Part shown: positions 38,067 through 48,122 of the stretch, in pieces
Layout: each line of letters starts with the position of its first letter
How positions within the stretch are numbered: position 1 is the stretch's first letter
Assembly (NCBI GenBank): GCA_964658305.1
Contig: OZ210885.1
Coordinates: forward strand, 7,440,001 to 7,504,000
Length of the DNA stretch: 64,000 nt
Direction of reading: 5' to 3'
Source: Leptogorgia sarmentosa
Lineage: Eukaryota
Notes under the pieces: generated by a model
Told to the model about the DNA's origin: nothing
Databases searched by the model: none
The model's input: only the letters and a program-made list of their open reading frames with translations
Made by a program: the position numbers and the translations under genes

Positions 38067-39154
38067 TTAACCAATTGTTACTGGTTAAAATGACCAATTA
38101 GTTATTGGTTAATTTTTTTGGTAAAAAAAAATTCTAAATTTCTAAAATACTGGCAGATACAGCTTGAAGCAAATGCTTTACATGGAAATCATGAACTAAT
38201 AAGAAGAGTTGCACGGGAAATGCAACGTCGAAGTGATTTGTGTGTGCTGAGAAATGGCGGCCACGTTGAATGATTGTAACCAACTAAAATAAATAAAATT
38301 CGAGCTATCTCAAATTTTAAATTGTCCAATCATACTTACAAAAATTAACATTACTCGCTCATTTCCAACTCAAATTTAACAAACAAGCAGTCTTAAGAAA
38401 GCGGAATGGTAGAGCTTTCTAACGATGGTAAATATAGCCTATTTTCTATTTCTTTTCGTAATCAAAATTGCATTTGAACGTAGGATTGCGTTTTTTCAGA
38501 CACCCTGTATTCGTTATTCAATATTGGTTGGTTCAATATTGGTTGGAGTATAAATAAGGTTGGAGTATTTTTACCCGTTTGAATCGGAGCATTCTTTCCG
38601 TATTATAGTAAATCCGACTTAGTCGATCATCACACTAGTCTATAATCGCCGAGTTGCAAAAATTGAACGTACGCTCAGCTATAGTAAGATGGATTAGAGC
38701 CTTCCTCACGTTCGTATCCGCGTAAGTATCCTAATGTAAGCTTAAACGAGATCCCAGTCTCGAAATAAAAACTACTAACTTTTAATACTGAAAAAACTGT
38801 GTGCATCTCAACAAGATTACTATGTGTTACTCCTAATGTAACCTTAAACGAGATCCCAGTCTCGAAAGAACTTATTAACTGTTAACTGTGTACGCTAAGG
38901 CCCACACTATGCGTGGCAAACGAGGATCTAATTTCTCAAAACACGGACAAAAGATAAGAGGAACTGAGACGTCAGGTTTCAGTCAAGCACCTCAACCTAA
39001 CAACAGAAGCACGCAGCAAGGTTGGAAGTAAAGACCACCGCCTTAGCGTTACCCCCTAGAGGGCCCCGCAAACAGGCACGAACACGAAGAGTACTGCTGC
39101 CAACAAGGCCAAACGGTGCACGAACGAACAGCGAACACGTACGGAATTCACAAC

Positions 39155-39258
39155 ACTTCTTCTAGTCTTCGATTCTTCTAGTCTTCGATTCTTCAAGTCT
39201 TCGATTCTTCTAGTGTTCGATTCTTCGATTCTTCGATTCTCCGATTCTTCGATTCTTC
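39155..39258 (+). repeat. TCTTCGAT/TCTTCTAG 8-bp tandem repeat
   Basis: About a dozen degenerate units. Confidence 0.7.
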
Positions 39259-40610
39259 CAGTCTCCTTCTTTAAGTCTTCGCCCGAAGGCGATTTACTTG
39301 CTATTCCGAGCCTTATTTTAACAGTGAAAAGCGAGCTTAAGATTACGGGACGCGACCGCCCGGAAGGTAATATTCAATTTTCAGTTAATAACGCATGCGT
39401 GATTTCACGTCGTCAAAGTTTTTATCACTAGCTTTGTTCTTTGATGAATGACTCAATCAACTAAAACTATTCATCGCTTCACAGATGATACAACAAAAGT
39501 GTAGTTTTATAAAAATCACAATGTTTTTATTTTTTAGAAACGTTTTTTAGTGATAATCTTAATGCGAAGTATTTAGCGCGCGGGATCTGAACAAACATCA
39601 CTGGTTGAAACCAACGTGGTTGTTTTATCTCCAGGGAGACGACGTTGCCGGCAAACATTCTCTTCACTGCTTTTTTCATGCGCTCGATCACCTAGTTGCC
39701 GGGTAGCACTCTTTCACGACCGGCGCGTGAGTGCGGAAATGGTAGACAGCAGACACACATAGAGATCAGAAGGAGACTCGGAGTGCGCTTCGGTTGGTTG
39801 TGTCAAAAGGGAGACGCAAAGATGGCATGTTCGTTTCAGAAATATTTGGCATGTTCATTCAGACAATGTGTATTTACTAGCAGTTTGTATGTATGTATGC
39901 AGTGATCAGTCCATACATTGTCCCAAAACCTCAGATCCAACATTATTTCACTTTACAACTCGTATTTATAATCCCTGTCGCTTTGCATTATCTTTGGCTT
40001 AGTTAGATAAATATAGTGCCAAGTTTGACAGCTCACAGATGCAGGAACTTCGGCCCTTGCTACTTGCTGATTATCTATCGACACATTTGCGTTTTGTTTT
40101 TATGTCCATTGACATAATACTGTTTTACCTACAATGTATATTACGCGATACGTAATTATAGTCCGACTTCGTATCATCATATCACGTGAAAGATATATTC
40201 CAAAGCTTTTCAAAAACTGGCCAATATTACATTACTGAATTAGTCTATCTTCGCATCATAAAAAAAATCTTCCCAGGTTTTTATAAGTGGTGAAATATAT
40301 ATCCCGTAAACGAAATACATTGTTCATTATATAACACTTTGTTAAATTAACGCGATTTAATTGGTTATTTACGATCACGTGATATAAAATAGAAATTCCA
40401 TTTTCATGATCGTGCAATGGAACCGTGCAAATATTTCTTTCCATTGCACGGTGGTTTTAATTATTTTCAATCACTCAAAATGTTATTATCGCACGCTTTT
40501 AATGGCGAATCTATGAACGTGGCGCGACCATGTGAGCGATGGAATTTTATTTAGTAAACTGACAAAACAAAATGGCGGGTATTTCGTGTCAATGATTTAT
40601 TTTGGTGTCA

Positions 40611-40781
40611 TATAAAACAAATAATGAATGTTTATTTCGTGCAATGGTAAGAATATTTTCATTCGGTGAAAGATGGAATGTTCCACTCAACTCGGCTTCG
40701 CCTCGTTGAATAGAACATTCCATCTTTCACCTCATGAAAATATTCTTACCATTGCACTCATAAACATTCATTATTTGTATA
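40611..40781. repeat. Long imperfect hairpin with GGCTTCGCC apex (probable non-autonomous Crypton-like end)
   Basis: ~80-bp arms interrupted by three TC/TC bubbles. Confidence 0.75.
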
Positions 40782-41371
40782 CTGATTATTGACCACGTAT
40801 TAATTAATGTCGAAATCTATCTTATTGTCTTTTAGTCCCCAAATATATTTCGAAAGTTTTGTTTCATTTGAGTAACTTTTGTGGTTAAAAGACTTCATGT
40901 GGTTTCCATATCATTCTTTAAATTTGCTTGCTGACATGCCTATGTAGTGTTTTAAGCTGCTTGTGCTTGTGCAGGTGACACGCTATGGGGGTATTCTTCC
41001 CCAGAAAATTTTTGAAGTTGCAAAGCCCTGGGATGGCATATACGGCAATTTCAGCGACAATGAAAACGAATTTGTGTTTGGTTCACCTGTAGTGAATGAC
41101 TGGAATCACTACTAAAATAAGGAAAATACAACAGGCAAAAGTATCTTCAAATATTTGTAATTTCAAGGTAGGGATATAAATATATAGCTAGGGATATATA
41201 TTTTATGTTATTTGCCAGCTAAGAGAACCTGCAGCCATTACACCACAGAACCTTAGCACGACAATATTTCCCCATTGTTTCAAGTTTCTACCATTTCGTT
41301 GATAGCGAAAGCAATCTCTTCAAACGATGTGGATGTTTACTAAAAAGAAATTATATTGTCAGCGCGTCACA

Positions 41372-41453
41372 GGTAGCGTGACCGAGTGGTCTAAGGCGCT
41401 GGTTTTAGGCACCAGTCATTTCGATGACGTGGGTTCGAATCCCACCGCTGCCA
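41372..41453 (+). tRNA. TRNAL-UAG: tRNA-Leu(TAG)
   Basis: 82-nt class II cloverleaf with TTTT terminator; G10>A. Confidence 0.88.
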
Positions 41454-41796
41454 AATTTTCGTTGCTCATGGCTATATTGAGCTGACGTTAGTTATAAAAC
41501 ATGATGCTTCCTCTCTATTATTTGTTAAAATTCATAATTTAACCCACAACCGAAGAAAGTAAAATTAACATTATTCTAATTTTACCCTTGTTTTTGCATT
41601 GGTTTCTATGGCTTAGTGTCCCCTCAGTAATTCAAATAACAAGCTCAACTTGTCATTAATCTGTCTCTTGGATCAATTTGATTCGATTAACTCTGAATTG
41701 CAATATGGATGGTGGAAGGGGAAGGCAATAAAATTCGCTGCATTACAAAATATTCAAAAATAGGCTCTGGCGAAACTTGCACGTTTCTCTTCACAT

Positions 41797-43917
41797 AATA
41801 ATAATAATAATAATATAATATAATGAATTTGTCACTTTATACATGATAAAAACTAATTAAGACAAATAAAGACAGATACAATTAAGTCGTGACAGGGAAA
41901 AGGAACAGGACTCTCGTCCCAATTGACACCTAACCCTAAAAAGACGTAAAATACATGCAGAATTAAATATAGTTACAAGTTATAACACATTAGTAGTAAC
42001 AACTTATACTAGCTAAGGTTTGAACGTTTACACACTGCGACTTACACACTATGGAGATTACAATTATGAATCATTCGAAATCAATTTGGAAATTACGCGT
42101 TAATTTATAAATTCATATTAGTAAATATGCAGTAGACGCTGATCACGCAGTGCCCGGAGGTACGCAATGCGATAACTTGGTAGAGTACACCTTATGAAGA
42201 TAAGACTTGAAAATACTTAAAGAATTGGAGGATTTGACGTGAGACGGTAGAGTGTTCCATAGTTCAACTGTTCTAATGAAAAAAGAATTTCTAAAATAGT
42301 CCTGCTTGTGCTTAATTATAAGATTATAGTTGTTTTTATCATAATTTCTTGATTGGTATCCAGGTTCAAAAGTACATATATATTTGTTCACATCAGTAGT
42401 AGTAGCTCCAGTTCTAGATTTAAAAAGTAGGCATAAGTCGGAGATATCTCTTCTGAACTCAAGAAGGAGAATCTTGATCTTCACGAGTCTATCGGCATAC
42501 GTCAGGTCCTGTGGATAGTCGAGAATAAACTTCGTTGCCCTCCGCTGGACATTTTCGACTAGTCTCTTATGCTTGATGGTATAAGGTGACCATAAGCTGC
42601 TGGCATATTCTAGAATGGGCCTCACGATAGCGCAGTATAATATTTTTCTCACTCTTTGGTCATGGGTATCCTTGCAAATTCGTTTTACAAGTCCGAGTGT
42701 TCTGTTGGCTTTGGCCACCATTTCTTCTATGTGTCTTGACCAGGACATGTCACTGCAAACAGTCACACCAAGATCTCTGACGAATGGAACACATTGAAGA
42801 GGTTGGCCGTCCAAATGGTACTGTGATACAATCTTCTTCTTCTTTCTCGAGACCCGTAGTACTTGACATTTGGAGTTGTTAAATTTCATCGCCCAGTCGA
42901 GACTCCATTTATGAAGGTTATTCAAGTCGTTTTGGAGATGAAGGGTTGAGTCAGGAAGATCGATGGATTTATAAAGTTTAAAGTCATCGGCAAAAAGAGC
43001 AATGGTTGATTGGGAATTGATGTAGCTGGGGAGATCGTTGACATAGACAAGGAACAGGAGAGGACCAAGTATGGAACCTTGGGGGACACCGGATGTTATT
43101 GGAAGCCAGTCAGAATAGGCGCCATCAAGAACAACTCTTTGATGTCTGCCCGTGAGATAACTACTAAACCACGAGAGAAGAGATCCTGAGATACCATAAC
43201 TGTTCAGTTTTAGAAGTAGTAAGCTATGTGGGACCTTATCAAAGGCTTTAGATAAATCTAAGTAAACGATATCTATTTCCCTTCCCGATGCGACGGTTTC
43301 TATGATGTTGTGATAAACCTCCAGGAGTTGAGTTACTGTTGATCGTCCTCGCAAGAACCCATGTTGAAGGTGGTATAACAGGGGTGACAGGTGATAATAG
43401 CAGTGGTTAAAAACACAACGTTCCAATACTTTGGACAGTACACAGAGAAGAGAGATAGGACGGTAATTGGATTTTATCGATGGATCCTCTTTCTTGAAGA
43501 CAGGGGATATGTTGGCGAATTTCCATTCTGTTGGCACTACACCCAGGGAAAGGGAAAGGTTGAACAATCTGCACAAAGAGGGAGCGATCTCATGTGCAAC
43601 TTCTTTCAACAATCTACACGGAATACCGTCTGGTCCACTGGCCTTGTTTGGGTCTAAGTTACTCAGTACTGCAGCAACTTCTTCTTCAATCAGTTCAATC
43701 TCCGATAGCTGATTATCCAGGGTTTTAGAAGTAGTTGGAAAGGAAGCAGGAGGTTCAATGTCGCTGGGGTTAAAAACTGAGTGGAAAAAAGAGTTCAAGA
43801 GGTTGGCTTTCTCACGACTATCTGTAATATAGGATTGTCCATTTCTCAGAAAATTCGGACTTTGGCTTGATCTTGTTGAAGATTTCACATATGACCAGAA
43901 ACGTTTAGGGTTTTCGA
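41797..43917 (-). mobile_element. 5'-truncated CR1-group LINE
   Basis: RT ORF, 3' UTR, (TTA)n tail; TCACAT on both sides (possible TSD). Confidence 0.92.
42143..43917 (-). CDS. LINE ORF2 reverse transcriptase (partial, open)
   Basis: KASGPDG, NYRPISLL, QHGF, LDLSKAFD, GVPQGSILGP, FADD, RDLG motifs. Confidence 0.92.
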
Positions 43918-43949
43918 TCACATGTCACAAATAATCCACAAATTGTCAC

Positions 43950-44020
43950 TCCCATGGTGTGGTTCTCTGGTTTGAATCCAGCGTTTTTACCGCCATGGCC
44001 CGGGTTCGATTCCAAGCATT
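43950..44020 (+). pseudogene. Degenerate tRNA-Glu
   Basis: CCGCCATGGCCCGGGTTCGATTCC retained; 5' half decayed; module position matches 45186. Confidence 0.6.
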
Positions 44021-44125
44021 ACAATGCTTTCTGAAAATTTGAATTTGAAATAGTTTCTGTTCAAATATTCAAACTCATTCTCTGAAAACAGACCAGTTTA
44101 ACAATACCACGACCTTGTGCCGCAA

Positions 44126-44510
44126 GCAGAAAATTTTTTTGGGATCATTTCGCGGCTTTGTTTCCAAGCACTGATCCAATTCTGACTCTAAACAGAAAAT
44201 ATGGTCTTTTCTTTTTCTTTTTGTTTTTCTAATCCAGGCCCAAACAGTAATTCTGACCCTAACAACAAAATGCTGAGAAAAAAAGCTTGGAAAAAAACAA
44301 ACAAAATGCCAAAAAATGACAGAAAACCAACACGCGAGAATCGAAACTGCAGGTTCGCCGCTGACGAGTCGGGACCGTAACTCCTGAGCTAACGAAGCTC
44401 GACAAAATTGCCTGTGAAACGCTTCTATATGAATAGATTTTGCAATACAACATAAAGTAAATGAATTCTTAGTAACCAAGCCGCGAAGTGATCCCAAAAA
44501 ATTTTTCTGC
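44126..44510. mobile_element. TIR element (MITE) inside tRNA-Trp, copy 2
   Basis: GCAGAAAATTTTTTTGGGATCATTTCGCGGCTT...AAGCCGCGAAGTGATCCCAAAAAATTTTTCTGC; 8-bp duplication TGCCGCAA/TGGCGCAA. Confidence 0.88.
44326..44403 (-). ncRNA. Pol III A/B-box tRNA-like cassette inside MITE copy 2
   Basis: TAGCTCAGGAGTTAC ... GTTTCGATTCTCGCGTGTTGG-TTTT. Confidence 0.4.
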
Positions 44511-44672
44511 TGGCGCAATTGGTAGCGCGTCTGACTCCAGATCAGAAGGTTAAGTGTTCAATTCACTTCAAGGTCAAGCACTTCTGGCCACGCTGTCTCT
44601 GGAAATTTTCTACCAAATTAAAATTAAAAATATTGTCGTTATTTTCACATTCCAAGAAATAATAAATGTTTC

Positions 44673-44743
44673 TCCCATGTGGTCCGGTGTTCGGTTCTGG
44701 CGCTCTCACCGCCAAGGCCCGGGTTCGATTCCCCACATGTGAA
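44673..44743 (+). pseudogene. Degenerate tRNA-Glu(CTC)
   Basis: Anticodon arm intact; D arm and acceptor mutated. Confidence 0.65.
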
Positions 44744-45028
44744 ATAATACTTGCGAGAGAAGGAAAAATATATACAATTCGAGAAATTAGCAAAACCATT
44801 TCTATTATACTAGCTCTATCCCTCTTACCCATTCTTTTGGTTTTTTCTGTATTTAAGTCCTTGTTGTCATGTCTTGCTTTTCCACAAAAAAATCATTTGC
44901 TGATCATGTTTAAAGTGTAAAAATTTCCTAGAACTTTCTCTGATTTATTAGTTGAAGATGTTTGGTGAAAATGTTCGGCATCTTGTGGAATATGAACATT
45001 AGCTATCACGAACGAATTGGGCAACTTT

Positions 45029-45099
45029 GCGTTGGTGGTTCAGTGGTAGAATTCTCGCCTTCCACGCGGGAGACCGGGGTTCGATTGCCCGCTAACATT
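45029..45099 (+). tRNA. tRNA-Gly with TCC anticodon on a Gly(GCC)-type body, degenerate
   Basis: CTCGC-CTTCCAC-GCGGG; 3' acceptor strand and C61 mutated. Confidence 0.65.
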
Positions 45100-45185
45100 A
45101 TTTTCATTTTGTTGCATTTCAATTTCAACTGCAGCACGAGAAACAAACTGGCTTTGTAACACAGGAATGGTTAGCAAGTTATCAC

Positions 45186-45257
45186 TCACATGTGGTCTAG
45201 TAGTTAGGATCTGGCGTTTTCACCGCCATGGCCCGGGTTCGATTCCCGGCGTGGGAA
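45186..45257 (+). tRNA. TRNAE-UUC: tRNA-Glu(TTC)
   Basis: TGGCG-TTTTCAC-CGCCA, GGTTCGATTCC, T6 terminator; two substitutions. Confidence 0.8.
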
Positions 45258-45343
45258 TTTTTTCCGAAAAATTCAATTTGAAGCAGCTTGTGCTCACATT
45301 TTCAAATTCGTTCTCTGAAACCAAACCATTTTAACAACGCTAC

Positions 45344-45416
45344 GACCTTGTGGCGCAATTGGTAGCGCGTCTGACTCCAGATAAGAAGGTTAAGTGTTCA
45401 ATTCACTTCAAGGTCA
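45344..45416 (+). tRNA. TRNAW-CCA: tRNA-Trp(CCA)
   Basis: GACCTTGTGGCGCAATTGGTAGCGCGTCTGACTCCAGA...; one anticodon-stem mismatch. Confidence 0.85.
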
Positions 45417-45506
45417 AGCACTTCTGGCCACGCTGTCTCTCGAAATTTTCTTCCAAATTCAAATTAAAAATATTATCGTTATTTTCACATTCCGAATAAA
45501 GATAAA

Positions 45507-45578
45507 AGTCATGTAGTCCAGTGGTCAGGATCTGGCGCTCTCACCGCCAAGGCCCGGGTTCGATTCCCGGCATGGGAA
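45507..45578 (+). tRNA. tRNA-Glu(CTC), 5' end damaged
   Basis: Intact from position 4; first bases replaced by a flanking deletion. Confidence 0.7.
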
Positions 45579-45847
45579 TAATATTTGCGAGAGAAGGAAA
45601 AAATATGCAATTCGAGAAATTAGCAAAACCATTGCTATTATACTAGCTCTATCTCTCTTACCCATTCTTTTGGTGTTTTCTGAATTTAAGTCTTTGTTGA
45701 CATGATTTTGATATTCCAGAAAAAAATTGATTTTGCTGATCATGTTTAAAGTGTAACAATTTTTTAGAACTTACTCTGATTTATTAATTGAAGGTGTTTG
45801 GCATCTTGTGGAATATGAACATTAGAACGGAAGAATTGGGCAACTTT

Positions 45848-45917
45848 GCGTTGGTGGTTCAGTGGTAGAATTCTCGCCTGCCACGCGGGAGATCGGGGTT
45901 GGATCCCCGACAACGCA
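45848..45917 (+). tRNA. tRNA-Gly(GCC), T-loop mutated
   Basis: GCGTTGGTGGTTCAGTGGTAGAATTCTCGCCTGCCACGCGGG; GGTTGGATCC. Confidence 0.72.
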
Positions 45918-46333
45918 AATATTTTCATTTTGCTGCATTTCAGCCGTTTCAATGGACCAATTGCATACTAGGCAAAATCATAACAACAGCGTTAAAGACC
46001 ATCCCAAAATTACTAAAATTGCAAAGTTTGGGTTGAAAAAGTTGTAAAATACGGAAAATATAATCGTGCAAAATAAGGAAAATTTGTATACTTCTGTATT
46101 ACGTGCGTGATCAGCTCATCTATTTTATTCAGAATGTGACAAGCATTATTTTAAAATAATGAAGGGACAGTCTGTTTATTCGTTTTGTGTCGGTAGATAT
46201 CTTAATACAGCTCGTAGGCTTATGGGACCTTCTTCTATTAGAATAAAATTAATGTGAGGAGTGGTGTTCGCAATTTTAGAAAATAGTTGTTGTCGATTAG
46301 TTGAAGTAATAGTTGGAATTGCGTTTGGTTTAC

Positions 46334-47005
46334 CATGGTAGCCCAACGCACGTATGACGTAGTATTTATTAGTATATAAATATGATAAGGTTGGCAAGTA
46401 AACACTAAATTGACTCACTACCGCTTAATACAAGGCGAAAAAATCAACGTCTTGCGAAAAAACATCGCTAAAAAACAGCAGCCCCTGCTTCTAGGATAGC
46501 ATTAATAAATATGTACAACGTTTTGAGACAACAAAACGAGTGAAAAAGTCGAAAAAATACGAAAAGTTTCTTTCAATTTGCCGTGTCTCGATGCTGGATG
46601 CCCGTTGCCGGGCAAAAATTGCCGTTTGAAAAACGACTACGCGATCCTATTGGTTATAAATCTACCGGCATAACAGACCACCAATAGCATTGCGTATTCG
46701 TTATTTCAAACGGCAATTTTTGCACGGCAACAGGCATCCAGCATCAAGACACGGCAAATTGAAAGAAACTTTTCGTATTTTTTCGACTTTTCCACACGTT
46801 TTGTTGCCTGAAAACGTTGTATATATTTAGTAATACTATCCTAGAAGTAGGGGCTGCTATTTTTTAGCGAAGTTTGTTCGCAAGAGGTTGATTTTTTTCG
46901 CCTTGTTTTAAGTGCTAGCGAGTCATATTATTGTTTACTTGACAACCTTATCATTATATTTATATACTAATTAATACTACGTCATGCGTGCGTTGGGCTA
47001 CTATG
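46334..47005. mobile_element. Palindromic P-element-like MITE (~330-bp arms)
   Basis: CATGG...CTATG termini; 7-bp TSD GGTTTAC at 46327-46333 and, displaced by the next insertion, 47262-47268. Confidence 0.8.
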
Positions 47006-47007
47006 GG

Positions 47008-47256
47008 CACAGAGTCACAGAGTATATATCATACAGGGATGTAACTGTTGTACCCACTATTTTTGTGCGCATGCTCGGCAAGTTACTAGATGCGTGCATC
47101 TGATTGGATGACGACTAAATTTAAACTTGCCAAGCATGCACAGTTGATCATTCTTTGCCGATCGCATTGAAAATTAAAAAAGTGGGTACGTGAAAGTGCG
47201 AGTTTTTTTCATATTGATTTTCGCCAGTTACATCTCTCTATGATTTATACTCTGTG
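47008..47256. mobile_element. P-element-like MITE
   Basis: TIR CACAGAGTATATATCATA / TATGATTTATACTCTGTG; 7-bp TSD CTATGGG. Confidence 0.8.
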
Positions 47257-48122
47257 CTATGGGTTTACTTAAGTTAATCGGCGAACTAGTTCCAGGTAGC
47301 TGGTCCACTCCGACCCTAAGCGCTGTATTTCGTATCGGAACAATACGAAATAATTATGTGAAATATGAAATATTTATGTGAAAATATGGCAGCTACTTGG
47401 GCAGCGAAGTGACGTATATAGTAAATATCCACTGAGCTAAAGAATTACAATTATAATTATAATGTAATATTATATCTCAGTGTAAATATCCTAAGGTTGG
47501 CAACTATTTACACTTTTGAAAATACACACACAAAATAAACCCGAAATTTATCAAGAACACAACCGGCTTGAAAAACAACACAAATATAAATGAGGATATT
47601 TTTACTAACCTGTTAGCAACATTTTTTGTCAAAGTACAGCTTGAACAGTCCACAAACAGACGAAATATTTCAATATTTTGCCGATATTTTGCTTGTAGCT
47701 ATGCGGGATGCTTTTATCCCGTTACTGGACACGCTTTTCGAAATAAAACTTGACTGCTGATTGGCTCTTTCAATATCTGTCGTTAGCCAGGAAAACATGA
47801 GTTAATGACTTGTGTCACTATTACCTTCTGACGTTGCACAGCTTCACCCCGGGGACTAAGCTGATCACTAGTTCTTCCTTCAAAAATTAGCATGGATAGG
47901 AAACAACAGTCAAATTCGTGTAGGAATAAATTTCGTTTGTCTTTGGCTTTACTGCTACTCGACAATCCTTAACTCAAATTAACAAACAGTTTCACAAACC
48001 ATGCGAGTTATGAAATCATATATGGCACTCATTCATGATCAGGAGACATGCACAAGCGTACGTTTTTTTGCATTTGCCTATCAGCTGTCTATACAACATT
48101 ATGTAAATTGCACGCGTGACTT

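Larger units (their letters stand above)
44111..44576 (+). pseudogene. tRNA-Trp(CCA) split by MITE insertion
   Basis: 5' part 44111-44125 and remainder 44511-44576. Confidence 0.85.
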
